This document shows positions 24,400 through 38,832 of a DNA stretch of 64,000 bases, piece after piece. The notes under the pieces were generated by a model that was not told where the DNA came from, did no database searches, and worked only from the letters and a program-made list of their open reading frames with translations. The translations under genes and the position numbers were made by a program. The first letter of the stretch is position 1, and every line of letters starts with the position of its first letter. The DNA is from Macrostomum lignano (lineage: Eukaryota): NCBI GenBank assembly GCA_002269645.1, contig NIVC01000172.1:684692-748691 (forward strand), read 5' to 3'.

Positions 24400-25675
24400 C
24401 AAAATAGAGATGAGAGAGCAGAGAGGAGAGTTGAGAGATGGGAGATGATTGATAAGAAAGTAAGAGTAGAGATGAGAGAGGAGATGAGAGCAGAGAGAAG
24501 AGATTAGATAAAGGAGCAAAGAGGAGAGAGGAGACAGGAGAGAGTCTCAGTCTAGACGATGGCAGTCAATTTTTGCAAACAGGGAAAACATGCTATGATA
24601 TTTCAGAGGTTTTATGGAGGATTTTAAAGATTTTTTGACGTATACCCAGACAAGTAAAAATCATATTTTTATAGACTTCAGTTTCATAGTCTTGATTGAC
24701 TGAAATTCGATAGAGATAATATTTTTTAAATTGATGGATTGTGGCTTGAAGGAGATGATACACGCTGGATTGCAGTTTAACGGAGAGGATTTTGATGATA
24801 TCTGTTTCATAGACAGGATGAAATGGCTAAATGAAAGGGAGTAGAGAAAATATTAGATGAAAGAGAACATGAAAAGAGAGAATTAAAAGGGACAGATTAG
24901 AGAAAAGAAAAAAAGAGAATAAAGGCGAGAGAAGAGATGAGGGAATTGAGAGGAGAGGGGGTAAGAGAGGTGAAGGAGGAGACAGGAGGGAGTAGAGCCG
25001 AAAGACGAGAGAGAAGTGATAAATGAGTAGAGATGAGGGGAGGGAAAGGAGAGAGAAGCTAGAGGATAAGGGAAAGAGGAGAGGGTAGAAAGTAGAGAGA
25101 TGAGAGAGCAGAGAGGAGATAAAGGAGAGGAGAGAGAAGAGATAAAAGAGGATAGAGGAAAAAGTAGTGAGGAGAAAGAAGAGAGTAGATATGAGAGCGC
25201 AGAAAGGAGAGATAAGAGACTAGAGATGAGAGATTAGAGATGAGATGAGAAATGATAGATAAACGAGCAGATGAGAGCAGAGAGTAGATAGGAGAGATTA
25301 GAGATGAGAAAGCAAAGAGGAGAGAGGGACAGACGAGATACGACCTCTTTGAAAATCCTGACCCCATATGACCTCTTTGAGAATCCTGACCCCATATGAC
25401 CTCTTTGAGAATCCTGACCCCACCTAGCCTCTATGCGAATCCTGACCCCATGTGACCTCTGTGAGTCCCGGTGCCAACCCGGCCTTTGTAAGAGGCCTGA
25501 CCGCGGAAAACCCGTGTTTGAATCGCGTAAATTTTTAGTTTGTTTTTGTTAAGCATTTACCTGCAGATGTGTGTAGGTTTACCTGCAGATGTGTGTAGGT
25601 TTACCTACCGGTGTGTGTAGGTTTATCTGCCGGTGTGTGTAGGCTTATCTGCCGGTGTGTGTAGGTTTATCTGCT
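24400..25675. repeat. GA-rich low-complexity tracts, then 28-bp (GACCTCTTTGAGAATCCTGACCCCATAT) and 22-bp (TTACCTGCAGATGTGTGTAGGT) minisatellites
   Basis: Direct reading: purine tracts 24400-25340, 28-bp units 25341-25465, 22-bp units 25556-25672. Confidence 0.85.
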
Positions 25676-26218
25676 GTCACGGTATAAAGGTTCACCTGTT
25701 CAATGTGTTTTTAAAATTCTATTTTTAACTTTGTGTTTATAAATGTAAATGTATGAAAATAAAATCTCACTGACCGAATGTGTTGTTAGCGTTAAATATA
25801 AAATTACATATTACTACGCTCGTATTCAATACAGTAATTGCAATAATTGAGTTTCATGTTACTCGATTAGTCAAATTTAGTAACCGTGTAAACTGTCTCA
25901 TAATTTCATAATAAATTAACACTATGTCAGTAGTATATTAGTTCTCAGTAATATAATTATTAAAGGTTTAATTGTCTACCATGCCGCAAAGTATCTTGCG
26001 CTTATTTGGCAACTCTGATTGTAGCGGTGAACATTAACGCTTCGCATTTTGATGCGCAGCACGGACGGAGTCCAGACAGAATGACAAATGTGTTAACTGT
26101 TGGTTGGGGTCTGCCCAAACTGAACTTAGCTGCGCAAATATCATTAGCCAAATATGCTGTGCTGTTTCTAACTGCTAGGGTGGCCCTGCGCCTGAGTGGC
26201 ACACTCAATTATTGCTTC

Positions 26219-26600
26219 TTAATTTGGGTTTAATAAATAGCTGTCATAGCCATAAAAGTTAATAAGCAAATAATAAACCATCGTCCCACCTTTGAAGACG
26301 ACAGCGTCTTCATTCACTAGTTCTTTCCCTCTTCGTTGTCTATGCAAGTCCTTTCGGCCTTGACGCGATGCTGCTACTCGCTTTCTTGCAAACAAGGCCA
26401 GTTTCTTCCCCAACTGCTTGACATGTCCTTCGCAGCCGCCCCGGGTGATCAGAAGCCTCCCCAGAATTGCGCTAATACTTGCAACGGTTGCCGTCATTAT
26501 TAAAGCCACAGCCAGGATTTTCAGCTTGTAGTTTTTCGTTTTTGAAACGTCTGAGTGGCACTTATTGTCCGTGGGAACAACTGAAGCATCATCGGGCTGC
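26219..26600 (-). CDS. Possible downstream transmembrane exon of the VWDE-like gene
   Basis: Hydrophobic ILAVALIMTATVASISAILGRLLI followed by a basic tail, same strand and downstream of the large ORF. Splice junctions not resolved. Confidence 0.3.
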
Positions 26601-27001
26601 TGGGCGCAAGTCAACCCAACGTGTCTGTGTGCCAACTGCATTGACCTGCACTCGGCTAGGCGGACGGAACATTCACTTTGAACCATCAACCGGTTGACGC
26701 TGTTGTTGGACTTCCATGTTTTCGATTCTAGGCTGATCTGTTAAGCATTGTTTTGTGGTGAATTTTTTAATGGCTATACAGTGATGCGTGTACTTTCGAC
26801 TGCCCATTTTATGATTTAAAGGGATTAGCCTTTTTATTATACCTGACCACCTGGGCTTAGTAAGGTGCTTTTTTCGAGGCAGTTTCACAGTTCGTTCCTG
26901 CACGAGCCGAGTTTTTTGTAAGCGCGGCGTCAATTTTTACCCCTATCTATAGATAGCAAAATATTTCAAATTTCAAGTTGATAAATAAAGTCAACCCCAT
27001 C

Positions 27002-27240
27002 TAGCCTATAGTGGTTAAAAGCGTCGCACTCACGACTGAAAGGTCGGGAGTTCGATTCTCGACTCTCTAGGAACAATTTCTGTCCTTGAGCAAGACAATT
27101 AACTCTGCATTTCTTCAGTTTATCCAGCTGTAAAATGGATGCCAGCATTAGCTGGGGTAATTGAGGGTGTGTGTGGTGACGCCCCCCCCCCAGTCCTTGG
27201 ACTGAACAGCCATGCAGCAATCAGACGCCTCACACGCAGG
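27002..27240 (+). mobile_element. tRNA-derived SINE
   Basis: A-box TAGCCTATAGTGG, B-box GGGAGTTCGATTC, then a non-tRNA core (TGTCCTTGAGCAAGAC...CCAGCTGTAAAATGG). A homologous copy lies at 51025-51211 (-). Confidence 0.75.
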
Positions 27241-27320
27241 TTTAATAGTGCAGGTGTAATCAATTATTATTGCAAATTATTATATTTCTGCATGAAATTA
27301 CTTTAGATAATAACAACTAA

Positions 27321-30300
27321 TTAACGATAACGACTAACCTCAATGGCGGCGTATAGTCGGTTCTCAGTTTTCAGCCAGCTGTGAATGTCTGTCAAGTTGC
27401 ACACCATCACACTGCCCGTAGCAAAAACTGCTGCAACTTTCCAAGATTGTTTAGCAGGCCTCTCTTCAGCCGAGGGAACGACCTGACGGATTAGACAGTC
27501 TGCCTTCGTCGACTTCAACATAGGACTAACCAGCAGCAGGGTGCTCGAGCAGTTCTCGGATGCGCACACGAAATGCTGGTTCGGAATTGATATCGTGGTT
27601 GGGATTGCTTCCAGCTGTTCTGTTCGATTTTCACAGCCTCTGCCAGTGAATCCGAGCCTGCACTCGCACGCACCGGCTACGCAGAGTCCATTTTTACCGC
27701 AGTCGTTCGGACAGATGTCCCGCTCCAAGTCTTTCAGCACGCGACTGTTGCTTCGGACTTCGGAAGCATTGTAGCCAATGTCTTTCCGGCACACGTCTAG
27801 CATTGAGTTAAGCAGAGTCTCCGCGAACTGATAAGTATTTAGTGTCAGGGCGTACCGGATGCAGAGAAACTCAAATTGGGCTGCATAGTTTGCTCCGATT
27901 TGGTGGTCACTGTGCCCCGAGCATAAAGATAAACTGTAGTTTCGTAGGACCATTTGCACCGATAGAAAGTCTGAACAGAACTGCTGCGCCTCTTTTGAAG
28001 ATATTTTATTTTTTACTGACGAGAAGGTTTCGTTCATAACTTGTGGGTCGGCTGCTGTGGGAATGTGATTCTTTTCTTCAACTCTTGCTGTAATAGGAAT
28101 TTCCCTTTTAGTCCGTTCAATGTTCGTCACGTCTACAAGACAGCCGCTTTTGGCCGACTGCTTTTCTACATTTTCGCAGTGGCATATTTTCATTATCTCG
28201 AACGGCTGGTCGATCAGATCCTGACTCTTCGCTTTTCTAGCTGCATGCGTGTACTTCGATGAAAAAAGATTCTCACTTGGCCTCTTGACTATGTACTTTA
28301 CTGCTTCAGATTGACTTGTTGCATACATCAAGCCATCAACATTTCCCGGAATGTCGTACATTGACGGTATAACAGTTACATCGAGTGCAAATTCCTTTCT
28401 GTCACCCACAGGATGTACGCCACCCCTACAGGCTCTGTTTCGCATTTCGCGCAAAGACATGATAAACCGATGAGCGCAACTGCTTTTTGCTTCCAGATGC
28501 GCGCGGAACTTCCAGGCGTAAATTATTGTTCCATAAAATTGTAAGTGTATTCGAACAACATCTAAAGTTGAGTCGATCTTGTTTACATTGCGCCGGACGT
28601 CGCAGAGTGAATCGGCTCGCATCGTGTCTTCATTTAACGTTTTCGAACCGTTTGGAGCTTTGCAGTGCACTCGATGTGTCAGTTCACCGTTATTTTCGTT
28701 TGCATTGCCCGAGATGATAATAGTCATGTAGTTGTACCTAACTGCCACTCGAGTCACTACACTTTCATCGGGACCGTCTTGCACCACCGATTGCGGTCTG
28801 GTGATCAAAACTTGCACCTCGTAAGGAAGCACTTTGTTTCGCATAGCTACGTAGACATCACTCTCGCCTCTTTTGGCTCTTAAGACGTACGTTGAATTCT
28901 CTTTGTAGATGCCGCCGACTGGCTTCACGAATGGGTCGCTAAAGATGTGCAGGTAGTTTTGCGGTCCGGAAGCTAGTGTTCGAAGGTCGACTTTCAGATG
29001 GAGTGATTCAAACCGCTCAAAGGCCAGTAGGGAGGGGACGTTTGAATTGCCGTTACGCGTAAAAATCCCATCGGCTGATGACTTGTATGATATGTTTATT
29101 CTCGCCTCGCTCAGCTGTTCTGATTTTTTTAGCCCGAAAACAAATTTTCCCTCGTGGTCCTGGTTATAAAGGACTAATTTCATGCACACTTTCCGCTGTA
29201 GCCGGGAGCGACTATTGCTGCTAGCAAACTCGCATACACTTTCATTGCTATTTTTGTTGTTGGAAAGCACTGCAATGTCGGTTCGATCTTTCCTGTATCT
29301 TATTTTTCTGGCTACGGACACTGAAAAGGTAATCTTTTGCGTTGTAGGGATGTTCCGAGTGCTAATGCACAGCTCGACTGGTTTTCCCGGGCGAATAGTG
29401 TGCTCACCATGAGTGAAGTTGATGAAAAACGTAAATGAATGAATATTGGAAGAAACCTCGGGAACGCTGAGATTCACCGGTTTTACAGTGCAAACAATAT
29501 TGCTGCCGTATATGTTCTCTCCCGGCTTGGCAATATGGTACCACGGGCAGTTGAAAGTGCAATTTCCTTCACAGTTCGGTGGAATGTCATGCTCCTTAAC
29601 ATTGCACCGTTTTATGCTTTTCTGATCCCCGTCTCGACCAGTTAGTACAAATCTTATTGTGTAACGGGATTTGTACTGGGAACCGTAAACTCCACAAGTA
29701 AAGCGTTCGTCTCCGTAATCATTATGTAATTGAAGAATTGGCTTCTTGGGAATCAGAATGTTTTCTGACGGATCTGCTTCATCACCGATGCAATACGAGT
29801 GTGTCTTTGGCAGTGGCAGAAGGAAGTACAAAGTAACCGATTGAGTGCATTTGAGGATTCGTACCGGATAGAAAGTTTCGTCGGCTAGATGACAGGTTCT
29901 TAGCTGGCTCCATACGCGATACGCTCGGGCCCTTGACAGCGATCGGCTTTTCGATTTCTTTTCGACCACAACGTCGTGCAGCACGTAAGCCGCTCTGCCG
30001 CCGCAGTCGGAATCCTTGACTCCGCTGCTGCAGCCTTCGACCATCCGGTTGCCCCAGGGTGACTGAACCCGATACCACTGTGGCTTGATCGTCGAGAATA
30101 GTTCGGACGCTGGCTGACGCATTGAAGAAGACGATGTGGAGTTCCTCCCCGCTCCTGGTCGGTGTTTTCCTTCCAGATCCTCAATGACGGGCAATTCGCT
30201 TTGTCTTTGGCACGGATCGTGGGAGGCAAAAGCGGTTTCGCAGCGGTAACCAAAGTAGTTGGGTGTGCATTCGCACCGGTCGTATATGGCATCGTATGTT

Positions 30301-30380
30301 GCACCGTTTAGACAGGGGAAACCAGTTCCTTTGTGGAACAGGGCCAGCGTTAGTAAGAGTGCTATACTGTTTGCGGTCAT
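27321..30380 (-). CDS. Secreted/membrane EGF + D8C (UMOD/GP2-like) protein, VWDE-like architecture
   Basis: Signal peptide MTANSIALLLTLALF; N-terminal EGF (CLNGAT...CECTPNYFGYRCE); D8C-like WYRVQ...CGGRAAYVL; C-terminal EGF (CPNDCGKNGLCVAGACECRLGFTGRGCE). 1019-codon single exon, possibly spliced at GAG/GTTAGT near its end. Confidence 0.7.
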   Translation of the reverse strand: MTANSIALLLTLALFHKGTGFPCLNGATYDAIYDRCECTPNYFGYRCETAFASHDPCQRQSELPVIEDLEGKHRPGAGRNSTSSSSMRQPASELFSTIKPQWYRVQSPWGNRMVEGCSSGVKDSDCGGRAAYVLHDVVVEKKSKSRSLSRARAYRVWSQLRTCHLADETFYPVRILKCTQSVTLYFLLPLPKTHSYCIGDEADPSENILIPKKPILQLHNDYGDERFTCGVYGSQYKSRYTIRFVLTGRDGDQKSIKRCNVKEHDIPPNCEGNCTFNCPWYHIAKPGENIYGSNIVCTVKPVNLSVPEVSSNIHSFTFFINFTHGEHTIRPGKPVELCISTRNIPTTQKITFSVSVARKIRYRKDRTDIAVLSNNKNSNESVCEFASSNSRSRLQRKVCMKLVLYNQDHEGKFVFGLKKSEQLSEARINISYKSSADGIFTRNGNSNVPSLLAFERFESLHLKVDLRTLASGPQNYLHIFSDPFVKPVGGIYKENSTYVLRAKRGESDVYVAMRNKVLPYEVQVLITRPQSVVQDGPDESVVTRVAVRYNYMTIIISGNANENNGELTHRVHCKAPNGSKTLNEDTMRADSLCDVRRNVNKIDSTLDVVRIHLQFYGTIIYAWKFRAHLEAKSSCAHRFIMSLREMRNRACRGGVHPVGDRKEFALDVTVIPSMYDIPGNVDGLMYATSQSEAVKYIVKRPSENLFSSKYTHAARKAKSQDLIDQPFEIMKICHCENVEKQSAKSGCLVDVTNIERTKREIPITARVEEKNHIPTAADPQVMNETFSSVKNKISSKEAQQFCSDFLSVQMVLRNYSLSLCSGHSDHQIGANYAAQFEFLCIRYALTLNTYQFAETLLNSMLDVCRKDIGYNASEVRSNSRVLKDLERDICPNDCGKNGLCVAGACECRLGFTGRGCENRTEQLEAIPTTISIPNQHFVCASENCSSTLLLVSPMLKSTKADCLIRQVVPSAEERPAKQSWKVAAVFATGSVMVCNLTDIHSWLKTENRLYAAIEVSRYR

Positions 30381-31199
30381 TTAGTCCGCTTGTTGAAAGA
30401 ATTTTATCTTTAAAAAGATTGGTATCATAGCTGCAAGGTGTTTTTATCCAGATTATATAGCTGCTGTGGTTACGAACAGACTATACTACAGACTAGGTTG
30501 AGGGTTGAGTGGCATAAACTAAAGTTCTCTTTTTCTTTGCTGTTCTTTTCAATGCGAAGTTGCCTGCGCAGGCAGTTCTCTTTCTAATGTACGTTTTAGT
30601 GAGCTCACAAAAGCGTAGTAATATATTGTCAATTGGCCAACATATTTGAAGAATAACGTTAACGTACTCACGCATTTGTACGTGTTTTGGAATTTCGTTT
30701 TTTTTCGAAACTGAAGTTCTTTCTTTTAAATAATGGTTATGATGTGATATTTATATGCAGTGGTATATTTTTGGAATTATTTTAGTGGAAAAAAGACCTG
30801 CACTCTGTCTTGCGTACTGTTATGGAGAACTGTTTTGTCATCTTTAAAAATATTTTCAACGCTCCGTTGTTTTCTAAAATGTGGAAGTTCGCATTTGTTG
30901 TGCCCGGGTCTCTGGCTCTCGGTCAAGTGTGCCCGGCACTGCACTCCCACCCCCCGGCCGCGTGCCTGCGCCAACCCCCCATTCTGTCTGCGTCAACCCC
31001 CCCTCCAGTTGCACCCACCCCACTGCCTGTTAGGCCAGCCGGCTTTGGCTGGCTGCGGCCCCAGTGCGCCCCCTCTCTCGCCCTGCGATTGGCTGGTGGT
31101 CCAGCCAATCGGTATGTTTCCTCTCCCCTCCAATCGCGACCCCGACTTGTAACTTTTTCCTTGTTGGATAAGACGATCGTAATTTTGGCTAGCTAGGCC

Positions 31200-32160
31200 T
31201 GGGGTAGCGATACCCCAGGGCTTAACCAGCTGATGTGTTCCTTATTACAGAGACCTTTCTCTGTAATCAAAGAACACTCACTTCTAGCTCTGTAGCTAGG
31301 AAACCCAGTAAGTCAACTTCAGGTACTCAATTACCTTAAATCCGGTTGAGCTGTTCTCTTCCTCGTGTAGTTCTCGCAATAGGTCTCTCAGTGGATCCGT
31401 AGGTCTCGCTTATTCTCGTTGCTCTGGTCCGATTTCTTCTTTGTTTCTCGCCGGCCGGTATCTATCGTTCGGACCAATGGGAAGCTTCCAATTACAATGG
31501 GTACCCTGCGCCAACTGTGGTTTTAATTAAGCCTTCTTCTTCTAGCAGTGCCTCTATGCACTCTAGGTATAGCTCCGGTATTCTCTAGTAGATCCTCTAA
31601 GACCGTAGTCCTTCGGGCGACTACAGCCAATGGAGTCTCAAAGGGACTCAAGAGTCTCAACAGACTCTAACACTATATCACAAGTGAGTCGACTCAACAA
31701 CAACTGGCGCAAATAAGAAAGGCTTACCGCAAGTCACTCGACCGAGTCTCGAGTTGATCTAGGAAGTCTTGGCTAAAGCTTCCTCTTCGGAGCTGCTCCT
31801 TCTGGAGTCCAAAATCTGAAGCTCCGGTCCGCTCCGGACCACTTGTATTTATAGGCAAACGGACCCCACATGAGGCCACGTGAGTTCAACTTCTCAACTG
31901 TCAAAAGGTCACGGATTGGTTGCTGTCAAACATGGCAGGTTAGAAAGCTACACCATTGGTTTAGTGTAAAAACGCATTATCGCATTTGAGTTATTTTTAG
32001 CTACATTTGGTTGGTTCACATGAGTACGGCTGAATGATGCATCTCACCTGGGGTTTGAGTCTGACAAATGCGGGTTACACGTGATTGGGTGATTTCTAAA
32101 TTTAGCATGCTCGAGATTTCTCTCTTCCTATTGGTTAATCAGAATATAACGTATAGTTCA
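31200..32160 (-). mobile_element. Possible LTR-retroelement remnant (LTR plus PBS-like site)
   Basis: Minus strand reads ...AAAACCACA-GT-TGGCGCAG (LTR end + PBS-like) near 31515, with TATAAATA near 31850. No coding remnant or second LTR recognised. Confidence 0.25.
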
Positions 32161-34156
32161 AAGCATACCTTTATACATGTTCTTCATTTTACTACTATGC
32201 AAGTAGTACGTTAGCCATTTTTTTATGATTTTTGCAGGAGGTAGAACACTCGACACAGCTAGCACAAATATAAATATATGCAGGGGCAGTAGGGGAGGCA
32301 TCGCTTTCCTTGGTTGAATTGTGCAAGTCACAGCCATAAGTCTAATACTGCAATCTACATGTAGATACCTGTCTATTCTATAGACTGAAGAGAGAACATT
32401 GAGAGAAGCCACCCCTGCTGCCGCCACCGCTGTTACCCGAAGAAACAGAGTGAGTCGAGTGGCTTTCTTATTTGAGGGACTGGTGGGAATTAATCTGTGC
32501 AATGGGGACGGACTGATTAAGTCTCCTGACGCGATCCCCCGCTCAGAGTCCGAAGTCAGTCCGGCCAGTTGACTGACGCCATATTCGGCTCGTTCACTGT
32601 GATAGTCAGGGTAGTGATCCGGCCTGTAGCACAACACGTTCAATGTGATGAAAAAACTCACGGGTTTGTACTAGTATAGTTTTTCTATTAGAATTAACAC
32701 AGAAATAGTCGAAAATGATAAATCCAAGTTTAAAATTCGGATCTGCACAACCAGTTTCTGTGGTTCGAATGAGTGTGTGTGTGAAATGAGCCGTGTGATC
32801 ACGTATGGCTCGTACGTGTAAAATTTGTCTCAACTGATGTCGGTGTGAACCAGTTTTTAGTCTAAAATATATTGGCACCTCTGACACTTACACAGCCACC
32901 AGTGAAGGCACCTGTAGCGCATCCAAGGGGAAGAGGCAAGTAAGGCTGGACCACTATAATTATGTCACTTAGACCCCTTTTTGTCAGACAATTTGTCTTC
33001 ATAAGTTATTTCCTGAGTCCAATCCTGACCCCATAAAGAACACTAACCATTTTACTATAGCTTTTAAACTTCTATGCAAAAAATACATCTGTGCCATATG
33101 CCATATGCCATTCTAGCTACTTTTTAGTAAGCGAGCTGTAATATTCTTGTCGCAAAAGAAGTTTAATTAGTTTTCCAGTGTATGCGCAACCTGATGATGT
33201 CTGTCTACTCGTAATTGAGCTTGAGTAAGTATCTGCTCCTGTGCGTGCTCATGTGTCTTCGAAAAGGCCCTTTTAAAAGTAGCGAAAAGGCTACTTGCGT
33301 GCCCAGCGCGCGATGGTAAAATTTGCATCAGAAACTGCGTATTAAAAAACACACCAGTTACTCTCATCGGATCTACCCAGCGGCATTTTCTGCTGCGTCA
33401 TTTGCAGGGACAGAGAGTTTTCATAAGAAAACTATTCAATTCTGAGCAAGAAAAGGGACAAACACAGCTAAAGTGTTCGAACTACAGTTTTGGTTGCCCT
33501 AGAGACCTAGTGACGAGTGTTGAAAAAGCCTATAGACTGTCTTTTCTCTCTTTTCTCTGTCTGTCAGACCCACGACAGTCTGCATGCGACTCTCTTTTCT
33601 CTCTCTTTGCTAGCGCCAAGCCAAATTCGGTTTTGAATAGAATAAATTTGGTCCAAAATCTTCTGCATGGTCTTTGCGACGACCGCTCAACAATGATAAA
33701 GAGCCGCTTGAGTCGCCTCTGCAGCAGTTTGCTTTCAAGTCATGCTTGGCTGAGCCACAATAGAGATAAGCAATGCCTATGCAGCCCTCCCTCTCCGCTG
33801 CATTCTTCTATTCTTGAGGCGGAGAGCTGAGCTCTTTGCACGTTATTAGCTTGAGTAGTTTCCGTTGCTAAGCAAACTCAGGAGAGCGCTGCCCTACTGT
33901 GGGTGGGTGGGTCAAACCTCTGTAGGCACTATAGGCGCAGTTTAAGATGCAGTAAACTTGTGGAGGGGGTTGCGGCACACAGCTTGGCAACCACCTCGGC
34001 GACCCAGCAACCTGACCCCCCCCTCCGTGCCGTCCCTATTTAACCCTCTCCCTCGCCCGCGCTCCGAGCCCTCTTCATTGCTACACAGAGACTCCGTCAG
34101 TTTCTCTCAAGCCGAAACAGCAGCCTACCCCTCACTTCGCTTTCGAAGCCTTCAAC

Positions 34157-35592
<1,436 letters not shown>

Positions 35593-36164
35593 GCCGGATC
35601 TTGACAAAACCAACAGATCGACTTTATTCCAACTCGAAAAATTCAAGCTAAATTGAACTTTTTTGATAAAACATTCAAAACTTAACAACACCTACTTTAC
35701 AAATCAAATTTCAACGCTCAAACCAATCAAGTAGTGTTAGTAATTCTATTTGCAGTTCAGATCTTTTAGTTTTATTGTAAGGCGAAAAATTGCCAAATAA
35801 AATAACAGTTCTTTTCAGCAGATTCACCTACTATTATGAGCAGTTAAACAAATAAACAACGATTACCCAGTTAGTGCTTTTTACCAACTTTTGGAGAATA
35901 TAAACATTCTAAGATTCTTTCCGTATTTTCTTCATTTAATCATTTTCTATAGTTGTAACGCTTTGGCCAGATTATACCTGAACCACAAATTCTTTCTAAG
36001 AAATCAATTTACAAATCCGCTACGGAGCTTCCAGCCAAAGCCGCAGGAAATATTTGTCTCGCTCCTTCTCGGTTCGGACAAACTCGTGTGGGATTGGTGG
36101 CAGAGTTCGCTCGACCTCCTTCACCGCACTGTAGGGACACCCTGTAAGCGGGGTGACAGGGGAA

Positions 36165-36735
36165 ACACTGGAGTAGCAAGGGGAGACGCTGGAGTAGCAA
36201 GGGGAGACACTGGAGTAGCAAGGGGAGACACTGGAGTAGCAAGGGGAGACGCTGGAGTAGCAAGGGGAGACACTGGAGTAGCAAGGGGAGACACTGGAGT
36301 AGCAAGGGGAGACACTGGAGTAGCAAGGGGAGACGCTGGAGTAACAAGGGGAGACGCTGGAGTAAGCGAGGGAAGACACTGGGGTAGCAAGGGGAGACAC
36401 TGGGGTAACAGGGGAGGCAGTGGGGTGTCAGAGGAGGTAGTGGGTCAGAGGAGGCAGTCAGAGGGCAGTGGGGTGTCAGAGGAGGCAGTGGGGTGTCAGA
36501 GGAGGCAGTGGGGTAGCAGAGGAGGCAGTCAGAGGAGGCAGTGGGGTGCAGAGGAGGCAGTCAGAGGAGGCAGTGGGGTGTCAGAGGAGGCAGTGGGGTA
36601 GCAGAGGAGGCAGTGGGGTAGCAGAGGAGGCAGTGGGGTAGCAGAGGAGGCAGTGGGGTAGCAGAGGAGGCAGTGGGGTAGCAGAGGAGGCAGTGGGGTA
36701 GCAGAGGAGGCAGTGGGGTAGCAGAGGAGGCAGTG
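36165..36735. repeat. Intronic minisatellites: 21-bp ACACTGGAGTAGCAAGGGGAG grading into 20-bp CAGTGGGGTAGCAGAGGAGG
   Basis: Direct reading; lies in the last NAGLU intron. Confidence 0.92.
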
Positions 36736-36904
36736 GGTGTCGGATAAATTTCGTACAGAAATTACCTGTTGGCTCCGCAGGCCCAGTCGTTGCGTTGCCC
36801 CTGTAAAACGGCAGCTCGACATTTTCGTAAACATCTCGAACATACTTATCCTCATCAAAGGGTATTTTCTGCAAAAGAAAGAATTCTATCAATATATCAT
36901 TGTG

Positions 36905-37708
36905 ATTGATAACAACTGTGAGCAGATTGATAACAACTGTGAGCAGATTGATAACAACTGTGAGCAGATTGATAACAACTGTGAGCAGATTGATAACAAC
37001 TGTGAGCAGATTGATAACAACTGTGAGCAGATTGATAACAACTGTGAGCAGATTGATAACAACTGTGAGCAGATTGGTAACAACTGTGAGCAGATTGATA
37101 ACAACTGTGAGCAGATTGATAACAACTGAGAGTAGATTGATAACAGCTGTGAGTATGTGAGTCGATTGATAACCACTGTGAGTAGATTGATAACACCTGT
37201 ACTGAGTATGTGAGTAGATTGATAACACCTGTAAGTAGATTGATAACACCTGTACTGAGTATGTGAGCAGATTGATAACAACTGTAAGTAGATTGATAAC
37301 ACCTGTACTGAGTATGTGAGCAGATTGATAACAACTGTGAGCAGATTGATAACACCTGTACTGAGTATGTGAGTTGATAACAACTGTGAGCAGATTGATA
37401 ACACCTGTACTGAGTATGTGAGTAGATTGATAACAACTGTGATTGATAACACCTGTACTGAGTATGTGAGTAGATTGATAACAACTGTGAGCAGATTGAT
37501 AACACCTGTACTGAGTATGTGAGTAGATTGATAACAACTGTGAGCAGATTGATAACACCTGTACTGAGTATGTGAGTAGATTGATAACAACTGTGAGCAG
37601 ATTGATAAAAATTGTGAGCAGATTGATAACAATTGTGAGTAGATTGATAAAAATTGTGAGTAGATTGATAAAAATTGTGAGTAGATTGATAAAAATTGTG
37701 AGTAGATT
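36905..37708. repeat. 21-bp minisatellite GATTGATAACAACTGTGAGCA with longer variant units
   Basis: Direct reading; NAGLU intron. Confidence 0.92.
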
Positions 37709-38657
37709 GACAGCGGCACTGTCCCTTCAGTTTCGCAGCATAAGGACCAATCCCAAAAGCAATTTCTGCCACGGGAAAATCAGCAGGTAAATATCGAGTA
37801 AGAACAAACTTTGCAATCATTTATTTGTCTCCAATTTTTTTTGCGTCACCCACCTGTCTGATTGCGGTGGCGAGCTGGTGTAGAAACAGCGCCCATCTGG
37901 GCCTGTAGTAGCCAGCCAGCAGGCCGCTGTACATCCTGGCCGCGTAGTCCTGTATGGTGTTCGGCCCGGGACCCCAGCACGTCAGCTGATTTCGAATATT
38001 GAACTCGTACAGGCCAATCTCCGAGGGGCTGGCGGCGAATGACTTGGCGCTGTTGATGAGTCTCTGCAGCAGGAAGCGCTCGTCAGTCTGCAGCAGCTTC
38101 TCCATGCGGTCAAGAAGTCCCAGCATTGTTGCGCCCGAAGCCCTGGTTGGAAACGGTTGGTGACTGGAAACTTCATTACACACCGTTAATGTCACCTTCT
38201 ACAGTCCTTCACTAACTGACTTACTCAACGGCTGTTGCATTCTCAGTGTGAGCAGCCTGTTTGAGCACAGTGTAGTACTGGTGAAACCGAATCTGCAGCA
38301 TCTGTCTTGTGAGGTCCACTTGGTCGTAGCTGGGCGGAGGGAGTTTGCGGATCCAATAACTTTCATGACGCCTGCAGTTCACAGATAAACCTGTCCCACC
38401 GACTCACTTCAGCATCGCATTGTCGGACTGATTCGTCGCGATCAGCAGTCTCCAAGCGGACTCAACCAGAGTGACATTGTAGTTCGCGTTCTCGCTTAGA
38501 GATAAGGACGGACGAAGCACCAGGACAGGGGTCAGCATGCCAGTATGCGGCGTGTTGTATACTGTGGACTGGTGGAGTGCATGCAGGCTGTCAGTAATGC
38601 AAAAGGTTCAGTTTACATTTTACAAACAATGAGAATGCCGAGATGGATATGCAATGT

Positions 38658-38832
38658 AGATAGATCCAAGATAGATCCAAGATAGATCCAAGATAGATCC
38701 AAGATAGATCCAAGATAGATCTAAGATAGATCCAAAATAGATCTAAGATAGATCTAAGATAGATTCAAGATAGATCCAAGATAGATCCAAGATAGATCCA
38801 AGATAGATCCAAGATAGATCCAAGATAGATCC
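38658..38832. repeat. 11-bp tandem repeat GATAGATCCAA
   Basis: Direct reading; just upstream of the Ngaro element. Confidence 0.92.

Noticed and set aside
27002-27075. Possible tRNA gene (also 51140-51211)
   Set aside because: A and B boxes are present, but the acceptor stem is not closed and both copies continue into a shared non-tRNA core, as expected for a SINE.
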